Shown piece by piece: positions 29,266 to 38,886 of a stretch of 62,559 nt of DNA. Position 1 is the first letter of the stretch. Each line of letters starts with the position of its first letter. A model generated the notes under the pieces. It saw only the letters and a program-made list of their open reading frames with translations, was not told the DNA's origin and ran no database searches. The stretch comes from Anaerolineales bacterium (GTDB lineage Bacteria; Chloroflexota; Anaerolineae; Anaerolineales; UBA4823). Position numbers and translations under genes: made by a program. The stretch lies in assembly GCA_046259385.1 (NCBI GenBank), contig JBJYWI010000138.1, positions 1 through 62,559 of the forward strand, read 5' to 3'.

Positions 29266-30576
29266 TTACTTGGAACCGGGAATAAGATCTTTATTTTGAC
29301 CATCCACAACTGGCAGATATGTACCGACTGTCCTATTTCGGGGGCGCAGGTAAGTTTGGGCGACCCGCTGGACATCCTCAGGCGTTACGGCGGATAGCAT
29401 ATCGAGGAAATTAACGAACCATTCAAAGGATGCAACCATTTCGGATATCCCTAACCAGAAAGCCTGGTTGGTGATACTTTCGCTGCCGTATGCAAATAAA
29501 GCCCTGGCTTGCTTCATTGCCTTGTCTAGGGTATCGATGGGAGGCTTTTTCTCTTGAATATTGGATATCTGTTCATCCACAGCCTGAAGAATCGAATCAG
29601 CTGTACTATGGGGGTGTACGATTGCGTTGATGGTATATAGAAAAGGATCTTGGGTAACCTGCATTCCGCCATAAACGCTGACAGCAAGTTCTTTTTCTAC
29701 CAACGCAAGGTAAAGCAATGACGTTTTATTTGAAATACCTGTACCGAACATATTGAGATTGCTGGGGCCGGTAAGCAGGCTGTCCAGAACCATTAATGGA
29801 AAAAAATCCGGGTTATTTGCTGGTGGAATGTGGTAGACGATCTGGAGAAATGTAGTTTCTCCAGGTCCTTCAATAGTAATCCGTTTTTCGCCGGTTTGAT
29901 CGGGTTCCAACCTCGCCATACGTGGGGATAAATTTCGGTTCTTAATGCCCCCGTAGAAATCTTGAACTTTTGCCAGCATTTTTCCCCGGTCGAAGTCTCC
30001 CGCAATAGTGACCACCGCATTGCCAGGAGTGTAAAATTTCCGGTAGTGATTGAATAAATCGTCCCGTTGGATAGTTTGCAGATCAGCCATATCGCCTATC
30101 ACCATATGGTGGTAGGAGTGTACTCTAAATGAAGTTGCTTGAACCTCTTCTGTCAGAAGGAAAATGGGCTGGTTTTCATTTCCCTGTCTCTCAGAGATGA
30201 TAACCGTTCTCTCAGTGTTGACCTCGTCAGGTTCGAATAAACTCCCAGACATGCGGTCTGCTTCTAGATTAAGCGCCAGATCAATTTTGTCAGCCGGCAA
30301 GGTTTCAAAATAAGTGGTCCAATCCATGTGCGTAAATGCATTCCAAACCCCGCCGACGCGTGAAATCGCTTTATCCAATACCTGCGGCGGAAATTTTGGC
30401 GTTCCCTTGAATTGCATGTGTTCTACCCAGTGCGAAATGCCGGTCATACCGTTGTTCTCGTCGCGTGAGCCAACCCGGTACCAGATCCAGTGGCTGATCA
30501 AAGGGGAGGAATGGATTTCTTTAAGCACTACTTGCAGCCCGTTGTCAAGAGTGTGTTTTGTAATGTCAGACGGCAT
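29266..30576 (-). CDS. M16 family peptidase, catalytic subunit
   Basis: YRVGSRDE, GISHWVEHMQFKGT (HxxEH), NAFT, LEADRM. Confidence 0.9.
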   Translation of the reverse strand: MPSDITKHTLDNGLQVVLKEIHSSPLISHWIWYRVGSRDENNGMTGISHWVEHMQFKGTPKFPPQVLDKAISRVGGVWNAFTHMDWTTYFETLPADKIDLALNLEADRMSGSLFEPDEVNTERTVIISERQGNENQPIFLLTEEVQATSFRVHSYHHMVIGDMADLQTIQRDDLFNHYRKFYTPGNAVVTIAGDFDRGKMLAKVQDFYGGIKNRNLSPRMARLEPDQTGEKRITIEGPGETTFLQIVYHIPPANNPDFFPLMVLDSLLTGPSNLNMFGTGISNKTSLLYLALVEKELAVSVYGGMQVTQDPFLYTINAIVHPHSTADSILQAVDEQISNIQEKKPPIDTLDKAMKQARALFAYGSESITNQAFWLGISEMVASFEWFVNFLDMLSAVTPEDVQRVAQTYLRPRNRTVGTYLPVVDGQNKDLIPGSK

Positions 30577-30773
30577 GAGGGAAATATTAGCATAAAGTTC
30601 ATTGTTTGAATATGGTATAAAACGTGAAAAGAAATTTGAATACCCCTTTTAATTAATGTATCACGGTTAAAATGATTTTGTGACAAACTGCACTTGTTGT
30701 TTTCTCGGCGAAGTCATATAATCTACGAGCTTTTTTACCTATCTCATCGCTTAGAAATAATCCGGAGGGATAA

Positions 30774-32117
30774 ATGTCTGACGATCAAACCAATAATTTT
30801 GCTGTTGCCGTGATTGGCGCCGGTCCAGCGGGTATATACGCAGCAAAGCAGTTAGCTAGCAATGGTGTTCGGGTTGCATTGATAAATCGGGATATTAAAC
30901 CTGGCGGGCTGGCGGAATATGGTATTTACTACACCAAACACAAAATGAAGGAAGGGCTGCGAAAGCAGTTTCACCGGATTCTCGAAATGCCCGAAATAAG
31001 CTATTACGGGAATGTTATCGTAGGGAAAGAGACAGGACTGAGCCTGGAGGACTTAAGAAATATGGGTTTCCAGGCTTTAATGGTGACGGTTGGTGCGCAG
31101 GGAACAAAATGGTTAGGGTTACCCGGTGAAGAATTAGCCGGGGTTTTCCACGCCAAGGATATTGTTTATTTCTATAACTCCCTGCCTCCATTCAGCAACC
31201 AACAATGCGCATTTAAGGATCGAGTGGCTTTAATAGGCGTCGGGAATGTGATGATTGACATCGCCCATTGGGCAATCCGCGATTTAAAGGTTGAAGAAGT
31301 CGTTGCAGTGGCTAGGCGCGGCCCAGCTGAGGTGAAATTCACCAAAAAGGAAATGGAATATGTTGCAAAAAATATAGACCTGCAGGCGCTGGACGCTGAA
31401 ATAGACCGTGTAACTGAGCGCATGCAGGCGGTGGGACAGGATCCCCAGGCTGCGAAGGATTTTATTCTTTCCGCTTTGCCGAAGGCAGAGGAGCCAGTTT
31501 CAGATACAAGGTTCACATTTCAATTCCTTTCATCCCCGAGCAGAATCCTCGGAGATGAGAATGGGTGTGTAAAAGGTCTGGAAGTAGAAGACACAAAACT
31601 TGTTCCCAAGAATGGCGACACAAAAGCACGTGGTCTGGACACAAAACGCGTTCTGGATGTTGATACAGTTGTCTTTTGTATCGGAGACAAAGTGGACGAA
31701 GAGTTTGGCCTTCCGGTTAAGTGGAACGAATTTGTAAAGAATCCTAAGCCGGAATTTCCCGTGGACGAAATTTCCTATGAAGCTTACGATCCAGAGATGG
31801 AGAAACCTGTTGAGGGTGTTTTTGTCGCTGGCTGGTCACGTGAAGCTAGCAGCGGACTGGTTGGAATTGCCCGTAAAGATGGGGAAAATGGAGCCAGAGC
31901 ATTATTAAGTTATCTCGAAGCCAGGTGTACCGAGGTAGATGCTGATTCCGTGTTTCAGTCTTTTGAGCAGTATCTTAAGGAGAATTTTGAAGGGGTTGTT
32001 GGGAAAGATGGGGTCCAGAAACTGGAAGAGAAGGAATCCGAACAGGCTGAGCTCCTGGGAGTCGAAGGATTTAAGATGAAGACGAACGAGGAGATGCTTA
32101 CTGCGATAAATAAATAA
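30774..32117 (+). CDS. FAD-dependent oxidoreductase, ferredoxin-NADP+ reductase (FprA/adrenodoxin reductase-like)
   Basis: GAGPAG, GGLAEYG, GVGNVMID, ARRGP, AGW motifs; SD GGAGG. Confidence 0.75.
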   Translation: MSDDQTNNFAVAVIGAGPAGIYAAKQLASNGVRVALINRDIKPGGLAEYGIYYTKHKMKEGLRKQFHRILEMPEISYYGNVIVGKETGLSLEDLRNMGFQALMVTVGAQGTKWLGLPGEELAGVFHAKDIVYFYNSLPPFSNQQCAFKDRVALIGVGNVMIDIAHWAIRDLKVEEVVAVARRGPAEVKFTKKEMEYVAKNIDLQALDAEIDRVTERMQAVGQDPQAAKDFILSALPKAEEPVSDTRFTFQFLSSPSRILGDENGCVKGLEVEDTKLVPKNGDTKARGLDTKRVLDVDTVVFCIGDKVDEEFGLPVKWNEFVKNPKPEFPVDEISYEAYDPEMEKPVEGVFVAGWSREASSGLVGIARKDGENGARALLSYLEARCTEVDADSVFQSFEQYLKENFEGVVGKDGVQKLEEKESEQAELLGVEGFKMKTNEEMLTAINK

Positions 32118-32155
32118 ACCAGAAGCCAATTCTGGCAGTTTATATCCAAAAAACT

Positions 32156-32333
32156 AAGAGGCTGTTCCAAAAGATAGCGTCACTCTGTCGTAACATCCCG
32201 ATCAGGGAAACGAATTGAAGAGTCTTTCTCGGTGAGAATCAGATGATTCGCTTCGTTAGAATCAAACAAGGCGGCAATCCCACAGGATTGCTGCGTATCA
32301 GAATGACAATTAGTACTTTATAGACAGCCTCTT
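32156..32333. mobile_element. MITE-like/REP-like non-coding element
   Basis: 10-bp perfect terminal inverted repeats AAGAGGCTGT/ACAGCCTCTT; inner inverted pair GTCACTCTG/CAGAATGAC; hairpin at 32271-32294. Confidence 0.55.
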
Positions 32334-32342
32334 TGACTTTAA

Positions 32343-32786
32343 TTACTTGGATATATGAAATGGAATCATGATTAAAAAGCCGATCGCGATGACGATTTCA
32401 CCGATAACCACTCCGGCAGCCTGCCATGGTCCAAAATAAGGTATCTCGGGGAGAGGTTGGTTGCCAAGACCGAATATATCAGCCATCCCTGCAGTTACAG
32501 CCAGTACATATCCAGTACTTACGAGGCGAAAACCAATGTCGGCGGCAATCGACTTTTGTTTTCCATTCCACAATGTGTTCAGGGTGATATACCCACCTAG
32601 ACAGATCAAAGCAAGACCTATCAGGAAAACCGAAATTTGAATAAAACCCACCACCGGACTTCTGTCCAGTCCGAACAGGCCCGGGTCAACTCCCAGTATG
32701 AATATTAGCAAGCCTATCAGGACGAATGCTAAGCCTACCCGGATTTTCAACCGGTGGTAATTACTGCGGTTACCGTTCTGGTTCAT
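32343..32786 (-). CDS. Hypothetical small membrane protein (about 4 TM)
   Basis: Hydrophobic helices; start overlaps the upstream stop. Confidence 0.75.
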   Translation of the reverse strand: MNQNGNRSNYHRLKIRVGLAFVLIGLLIFILGVDPGLFGLDRSPVVGFIQISVFLIGLALICLGGYITLNTLWNGKQKSIAADIGFRLVSTGYVLAVTAGMADIFGLGNQPLPEIPYFGPWQAAGVVIGEIVIAIGFLIMIPFHISK

Positions 32787-33901
32787 AAAACATCCGGAAG
32801 CGAAAATTTAATCTTTCTAAACCAGTTGTTTGCAAGAACTGCGCCGATGTCGCTTTCTGAGTAGCCTTTTTCAGCAAGTATGGGAGTGATTTTATGCAAT
32901 TCTGCAATTGAATTAATCCCGGAAGGGACCGATTGAAGCCCGAACCCGCCGTCAAAATCGCTTCCGATTGCTACATGTTCCGAACTGCCTGCGATCTGGC
33001 AAATATAATCGATGTGTTTTGTGTACTGTTCAAGAGTGACAATTTCCCTCCCGTCCATAATACTCCAGCCGTTCAGGAGGAATTTATTAAACGGTGTGAC
33101 TCCGATCACACCTCCTCGTTCAATAATTCGCTTGATCACAAGATCGGAGAGGTGACGATTCCCATCGTAATTTTTTAAGAGCGCTGCAGCGTTGCTGTGG
33201 GAGGCGATGATCTCGCCCGGATAGATATCAAGAGCTTGAAGGGCTGCTTGCTCATCCATATGGCTGAGATCGAGGATAAAACCAAAATCTGCCATCGCCT
33301 CGAGCAGTTCATAGCCTTCCGGGGATAATGGTCCGGGTTCATCAGTGCCACCGCAGAACCGAGTCCCCACCCAGGCAGGCCCGATCAGTCGGACACCTCT
33401 TTGCCACCATTCAGCCAGTTCATCAGGGTTGCGGACGCATTCTGCCCCTTCTATCGAAATGAGAATACCTGTGGGAGCAGTTTCGCCGCTCTGAGAGTCT
33501 TCGCTTAATCTATTCCATTGAGTGGCGATCGCATCAAGTTCCTCTTTTGTTTCGATAAGGTGAAACTTATCTGGGTGATCGTTTACCAAGCGATCGTAAA
33601 GATCACATTGACGACGGCAGAGATCATATGCCTGCTGGGCATCTGAATAACAAAATTTTTCCGGGATTTCGTGCCTTTTGCGTAGAGGTAATGCAAACAA
33701 TGAGCCTATAACGAAGGCGATTCTGCCTTTCTGATATTCCGGCCATCCAAGCAGAGTGTCTCCATTTTGCCCTGGTACATAAGTGCCCCGTTCAACCTCC
33801 CGGGTTTGCGTGACGGATTGTGTGTAATCCCTTCCGTATACATGCATATTCCAGGCCAGGTCCTGATGTGCGTCGATGATGAAATTCAATTTGTTTTCCA
33901 T
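32783..33901 (-). CDS. Membrane dipeptidase (M19 family)
   Basis: DAHQD, IEGAE, LDLSH, IASHSN, IGSDFDG. Confidence 0.88.
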   Translation of the reverse strand: MENKLNFIIDAHQDLAWNMHVYGRDYTQSVTQTREVERGTYVPGQNGDTLLGWPEYQKGRIAFVIGSLFALPLRKRHEIPEKFCYSDAQQAYDLCRRQCDLYDRLVNDHPDKFHLIETKEELDAIATQWNRLSEDSQSGETAPTGILISIEGAECVRNPDELAEWWQRGVRLIGPAWVGTRFCGGTDEPGPLSPEGYELLEAMADFGFILDLSHMDEQAALQALDIYPGEIIASHSNAAALLKNYDGNRHLSDLVIKRIIERGGVIGVTPFNKFLLNGWSIMDGREIVTLEQYTKHIDYICQIAGSSEHVAIGSDFDGGFGLQSVPSGINSIAELHKITPILAEKGYSESDIGAVLANNWFRKIKFSLPDVL

Positions 33902-34959
33902 GAGATGTATTTGTCAGCTATTTTTCGGGAGACCCTGCCCATCGGGAAGCGAACCAGTTCTTCTGATCCGGCCCAATAATTATCTCCACGGTTAAAATTA
34001 TCCGCGTAGTTCTGATTAGGAAGGGTGCATAGATACGCGTGAACGTTGACCCGAAAATGGGTATATGCGTGTTTATACACTCCAAACGGCTCCCGGATTC
34101 GGATTTTTAAACCTAACCGCTTGTTAATTGCACGCCTGAGGCATGCAGTGGTGTTCTTTTCACTGCAGTGACTGCTTCCCGGAAATTCCCACATGCCTCC
34201 GAGCAGGCCATTGTCAGGTCGGCGGGAGATTAAAACTTTGCCATTATTTTCAATCACACCGGCTGTTTGTACCTGCAGTGGTATTGCCGACCTGGGAGGG
34301 ATAACCGGTCTATTTATTTGATTCCCCTTCTTGAAAGCTACGCAACAAACATTAAGAGGGCAGTTTATACAGCCCGGATTCCTGGGTGTGCATATTGTTG
34401 CTCCCAGGTCCATCATCGCTTGGTTATAGGAGCCTGCGTGTCCAGCAGGAAGATTTTCGTCTGCTAGTTTTTGGAAAAGCGCCTGCGCGTCTTTGCTGCC
34501 AACAGGCATTGAAACATCGAACAGGCGCGCAAGAACACGGCGGACATTGCTATCAACTGCCGCGGAATCCCGTCCAAAAGCAATGGATGCAATCGCAGCT
34601 GCTGTATATGGTCCAATTCCTGGCAGTTTAATGAGCTCGCTGTAACGATCAGGCAGTTTTCCATTGTAATCTGCCATCAAAACGGTTGCTGTTTTGTGTA
34701 AATTACGCGCCCGGGAATAATAACCGAGTCCCTCCCAGGCGGAAAGGACTTCCTCCTGGGTTGCATCAGCCAGCGCTGAAATGGAAGGAAATTGCTCCAT
34801 CCAGTCTTTAAAATAGCGGGTAGTGGTATCAACCCGGGTTTGCTGAAGCATTATTTCTGATACCCAAACTGAATATGGTGTAGCTTGAATTCTCCAGGGG
34901 AGATTCCGGGCGTGGGTCGAGTACCAATCAAGCAGGAGGGAAGTCAGGCTTGAACGCAT
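33886..34959 (-). CDS. mutY: A/G-specific adenine glycosylase
   Basis: VSEIMLQQT, WEGLGYYSRARN, LPGIG, CTPRNPGCINCPLNVC Fe-S motif, Nudix-like C-terminus. Confidence 0.95.
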   Translation of the reverse strand: MRSSLTSLLLDWYSTHARNLPWRIQATPYSVWVSEIMLQQTRVDTTTRYFKDWMEQFPSISALADATQEEVLSAWEGLGYYSRARNLHKTATVLMADYNGKLPDRYSELIKLPGIGPYTAAAIASIAFGRDSAAVDSNVRRVLARLFDVSMPVGSKDAQALFQKLADENLPAGHAGSYNQAMMDLGATICTPRNPGCINCPLNVCCVAFKKGNQINRPVIPPRSAIPLQVQTAGVIENNGKVLISRRPDNGLLGGMWEFPGSSHCSEKNTTACLRRAINKRLGLKIRIREPFGVYKHAYTHFRVNVHAYLCTLPNQNYADNFNRGDNYWAGSEELVRFPMGRVSRKIADKYISWKTN

Positions 34960-35261
34960 TACATCTGAAAACCGCTGCGCGCTTTTACTACCTTGTAATC
35001 AAAATTCTCAACATAATCCATTAAGCGGTGGGTCAGATCCTCCCACTCTCCCGAGCTAAGAGCAGTTTCGAGAGACTTTATATCCGCCATTTGCGCAGAG
35101 GCCATTATCTGGGGATGGTCCCCGTACATCGTAAACCATGCGTCGCTCGGTTCCATGCCCAATTTCTGCAACCCGGGTATAAAGTCGCGCACAACAAATT
35201 CGAAATAATCCTGTTCCTGTCCAGGCAGGATATCCCAGGTCAGAATAAGCTTGACAGCCAA
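34959..35261 (-). CDS. Hypothetical protein (about 100 aa)
   Basis: SD AGGAG 7 nt before TTG 35261; stop overlaps the mutY start. Confidence 0.7.
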   Translation of the reverse strand: MAVKLILTWDILPGQEQDYFEFVVRDFIPGLQKLGMEPSDAWFTMYGDHPQIMASAQMADIKSLETALSSGEWEDLTHRLMDYVENFDYKVVKARSGFQM

Positions 35262-35289
35262 TCTGGTTCTCCTATCCGCTGATAGATCC

Positions 35290-35931
35290 TCACGTCTGGT
35301 AATCCAGCAAAACAACGCGGGTTTCTCCCGCTGTAATTGCCCGGGTTATTTTTAATGAGGATTCGTTTTCAACCTCTCCAACCCCCATTTCTTTCAGGAA
35401 TTTGTCCACCTTTGTGAGGTTGAGAGCGGCGGCGGGAGTAGAAAAGTGCATTGGGACTACAATACTTGGTTCCAACAGGCTGACCACTTCGACCGCTTTT
35501 GCTGCTGTAAGGCTGCCGCCGCCTCCAACTGGCACAAGCGCAATATCTACATTTCCCAAAGCCTCAATGTCAGTCTGGCTTGGGACCTGCATTAAAGCAC
35601 CCAGGTGGGCAATTGCAGCTTTGCCGTAATCAAATACATACATTGTGTTGCTTGAATCTCTGTTCGTGCTATGTTGTCCGTTTATCCTCACTCCAGTGAT
35701 AAAAACCTCACCGATCTCATATTCTCCAGGACCGGTTAAGTAATGTGAATATCCCTTAACCGCCTGGGAGTGGTTGTGACCGGGAGTGTCATTGCTGGTT
35801 GTAAGAATATCTGCCCGTAATTTTAATGGTTTGTATCCGGCGAATTTATAATCGAATGGGTCTGAAACCACAGTTGCCATACCGCGTTCGGTTATCCGGA
35901 AACAGGAGTGTCCAAACCAGGTTATTTCCAT
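35290..35931 (-). CDS. MBL-fold metallo-hydrolase
   Basis: MEITWFGHSCF, DPF, GPGEYE, VPVGG, PMH; SD AAGGAG before ATG 35931. Confidence 0.85.
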   Translation of the reverse strand: MEITWFGHSCFRITERGMATVVSDPFDYKFAGYKPLKLRADILTTSNDTPGHNHSQAVKGYSHYLTGPGEYEIGEVFITGVRINGQHSTNRDSSNTMYVFDYGKAAIAHLGALMQVPSQTDIEALGNVDIALVPVGGGGSLTAAKAVEVVSLLEPSIVVPMHFSTPAAALNLTKVDKFLKEMGVGEVENESSLKITRAITAGETRVVLLDYQT

Positions 35932-36017
35932 TGAACTCCTTGAAGAATCGTTCGTTTTAAATGCTACTGGATTATACTTCATACCTGGGAAAGTTCATTA
36001 ATTCTTTGTATGAATGA

Positions 36018-36794
36018 GTGATGACGTATAAATACCCGTATGAATTACGTGAAAACCGAACAGCTGGCGCGGTTATCATGGAGATTACCGATGGCGCCTG
36101 GCGGCTGGAAATACCCCCGGGTCCAGCCCGGCGTTACCGGCTGGCTCAATTGGACGATTACAGTTCTTTGCGAAGAAATCTGTTTCCCTGGAAACCAGAG
36201 GTAAAACTCAGCTTACAGGCAAGAGTTTCTCATGTTCACCATGCTGGAACCTGGGGATTCGGGTTTTGGAACGATCCATTTGCAATGGGTTTTCTAACTG
36301 GTTTGAATGGGTTGCGCTTACCTGCATTGCCGGATGCGGCCTGGTTCTTTTACGGATCTTCGGAAAGTTTTCTTTCAATCCGGGATGACCTGGCAGGGAA
36401 CGGTTTGACCGCAGGAATATTCAAATCTCCAGGTTGGAGGGGTTTAAAGATCGGGATGGGATTGCCAATTCTGCCGTTTTTATTCTTCCATAAAGTGTCC
36501 CGCTGGATGCGAAGAAGGGTCGCTGAAATCCTGATTCAGGATTCACAATCCATTGTGGTAGACACAACCCAATGGCACAAATATGAATTGTTTTGGAGGC
36601 AGGAAGCTACTTCATTCCTTGTTGATGGTAAGCAGGTGCTCGAGACAACTGCGAGTCCCAGGGGTCCATTGGGATTGGTGCTCTGGATAGATAACCAGGC
36701 GGCAGCCTGGAAGCCGGACGGTCAGATTGGTTACAGGTTACTGCAAGGCGAGAACGGAGCCTGGATGGAAGTTAAGAACATTCAAGTACATTGA
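36018..36794 (+). CDS. Hypothetical protein, concanavalin A/GH16-like beta-sandwich suspected
   Basis: GTWGFGFWN, WHKYELFW, FLVDG, LVLWIDNQ. Confidence 0.6.
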   Translation: MMTYKYPYELRENRTAGAVIMEITDGAWRLEIPPGPARRYRLAQLDDYSSLRRNLFPWKPEVKLSLQARVSHVHHAGTWGFGFWNDPFAMGFLTGLNGLRLPALPDAAWFFYGSSESFLSIRDDLAGNGLTAGIFKSPGWRGLKIGMGLPILPFLFFHKVSRWMRRRVAEILIQDSQSIVVDTTQWHKYELFWRQEATSFLVDGKQVLETTASPRGPLGLVLWIDNQAAAWKPDGQIGYRLLQGENGAWMEVKNIQVH

Positions 36795-36810
36795 GTCTTT
36801 TCATGCCTGC

Positions 36811-36839
36811 TTGACAATGGTTCACGTGGTGAGTAAAAT
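36811..36839 (+). promoter_or_regulatory. Sigma70 promoter for the tRNA-Gly/tRNA-Cys operon
   Basis: TTGACA-17 nt-TAAAAT. Confidence 0.8.
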
Positions 36840-36871
36840 TACAAGCACCTGGTTGAAAATTAACAAATAAT

Positions 36872-36944
<73 letters not shown>

Positions 36945-37027
36945 CTGGAGTGTAAATTCAAGCAAAGATTGCTGATTGCATCATTACAATCAGCATTCTT
37001 TAATCTAAGATTGGATCAGGTAAAAAC

Positions 37028-37099
37028 GGCGACGTGGCCAAGTTGGTAAGGCAAGGGTCTGCAAAACCCTGATCACGGGTTCGAGTCCCGTCGTCGCCT
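37028..37099 (+). tRNA. tRNA-Cys (GCA)
   Basis: Acceptor GGCGACG/CGTCGCC, anticodon stem AGGGT/ACCCT with loop CTGCAAA, U discriminator; CCA not encoded. Confidence 0.96.
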
Positions 37100-37295
37100 C
37101 TAAATCCGAGTTGTCTTGTAAGGGTTGGTTGTCATGCTGATGCTCGTCAATTCTTTGAATTCGGATTGAAGCTTCTTTGTTTTAGTGAACAGTATCAACA
37201 ATTCGTTTACCCGGAATCAGAGGAATGCTAGGCGGTAAAGATACTCAACCAGAGCGATAAAATCTTATAATACTGCCTTTATTTCTGCCCCGTAT

Positions 37296-38729
37296 TTAAT
37301 AGATTCCACCTTCGGTCAATTTGAACAAATCCCCCAGCGCGGCTTCAATTTCGGCCGCTTTGACAGGCCGGTTTTCACGGCGGTGTATGAGCTCACCCTC
37401 TTTTGCCTTTTGGAGCGCGAGCTGGCGTATGGTTGAATCGCTTTGGAGAGCCTCCTTTACAAGTTCAGCCCCGGCGGAATAACCGATAATAGGATTTAGA
37501 ACTGTCACAACGATTGCGTTTTTCTCCAGCCATGCTTCTGCCCGTTCCGGGTTGGCTGTGATCCCGCGCACGCATTTTTCTGTAAATGCATTTACACCCC
37601 CGATTGTCACCTGCATCATTTCAAACAGATTGTGTGCGATAACCGGCATCATTACGTTCAGCTCAAGCTGCCCTGCCTGGGATGCCAGCGAAATTGTATG
37701 GTCGCAGCCTTGAATGTGGAACATTGCCATATTCAGCATCTCCGCCATTACAGGATTAATTTTGCCGGGCATGATGCTTGATCCTGGTTGGACAGCCGGC
37801 AGATGGATTTCATTTAACCCGGTATTGGGTCCGGAGGAGAGCAGTCGGAGGTCATTAGCTATCCTGGTCAGGGTTATCGCTAGTGTGCGGAGCGAGGCTG
37901 AAAACGCGGCGACATCTGCAAGAGATTGCATCCGTTCAAACAGATCCCCCGAGGTTTCAAGCTGCAATCCGGTTATCTCAGAAAGCTTGGCGACCATCCG
38001 CTCATGGAACTCTGGATGGGCGTTTAACCCGGTTCCGGTTGCAGTGCCTCCGATTCCCAGCGATCGCAGACAACTTCCGGAAGCGGCAATCCGTTCCCGG
38101 TCCAGTTCAACAGCGGTTCCGTAGGCGTTGAACTCCTGCCCGAGCCGAACAGGTACTGCATCCTGCAGATGGGTTCGGCCTGATTTGAGCACACCCTCGA
38201 AGTGAGACCCTTTGTTCACAAGAGCTTTTGCAAGGCGGTCGACTGCAGTAAGCAGCTCATCCATCCGCCATAACACTCCCAGACGAATGGCGGTTGGGAT
38301 TGTGTCGTTTGTCGACTGTGACATATTCACATGGTCGTTTGGGTGCACAATGTATTCGCCCAACCCACCGCCCAGGATCTGGGTGGCACGGTTGGCGACT
38401 ACCTCATTTATGTTCATATTGTGGCTTGTCCCCGCACCAGCTTGAAATGGATCAACGACAAACTGGTCGTCCCAATTCCCGTCTGCAACCTCTCTGGAAG
38501 CCTGGACGATTGCCCCGCCAATATCGCTGTCGAGCAGACTGAGTTCGCGGTTCACTTCCGCGGCTGCAAGCTTGATCACCGCCATTGACCAGATGAACGC
38601 CCGCCAGGGTTTGAGGCCGGAAACCGGAAAATTTTGAACTGCCCTCTGTGTTTGGGCTCCATAAAAGGCTCCATCTGGTATTTGTATTTCTCCAAGAGTA
38701 TCTTTTTCTAGCCGGAATAAAGGTTTCAT
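37296..38729 (-). CDS. Aspartate ammonia-lyase / class II fumarate hydratase family
   Basis: YGAQTQRA, HPNDHVNMSQSTND, GRTHLQDA, GSSIMPGKINP, GQLELN; AspA versus FumC not resolved. Confidence 0.88.
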   Translation of the reverse strand: MKPLFRLEKDTLGEIQIPDGAFYGAQTQRAVQNFPVSGLKPWRAFIWSMAVIKLAAAEVNRELSLLDSDIGGAIVQASREVADGNWDDQFVVDPFQAGAGTSHNMNINEVVANRATQILGGGLGEYIVHPNDHVNMSQSTNDTIPTAIRLGVLWRMDELLTAVDRLAKALVNKGSHFEGVLKSGRTHLQDAVPVRLGQEFNAYGTAVELDRERIAASGSCLRSLGIGGTATGTGLNAHPEFHERMVAKLSEITGLQLETSGDLFERMQSLADVAAFSASLRTLAITLTRIANDLRLLSSGPNTGLNEIHLPAVQPGSSIMPGKINPVMAEMLNMAMFHIQGCDHTISLASQAGQLELNVMMPVIAHNLFEMMQVTIGGVNAFTEKCVRGITANPERAEAWLEKNAIVVTVLNPIIGYSAGAELVKEALQSDSTIRQLALQKAKEGELIHRRENRPVKAAEIEAALGDLFKLTEGGIY

Positions 38730-38886
38730 TTTCATCTCCTTTTGGCGATAATCTTGCGATAGTGGATCCGGGTTATATGGGCACGGTTATGAATTCCCTT
38801 AGTGGTAGAATCACTGCCGTAATTATCCCATATCGTTTTACATTTTTTCCGCATGTTGGCGGGTATGTGTAGTAGCTCAGAAAAAT

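Noticed and set aside
30678-30695. Rex/CRP-like site TTGTGACAAACTGCACTT upstream of the FNR-like gene
   Set aside because: The right half-site matches poorly, so it is too weak to call
37100-37295. Additional ncRNA or tRNA-Sec after tRNA-Cys
   Set aside because: Only a loose 10-bp stem; no cloverleaf or UCA anticodon arm
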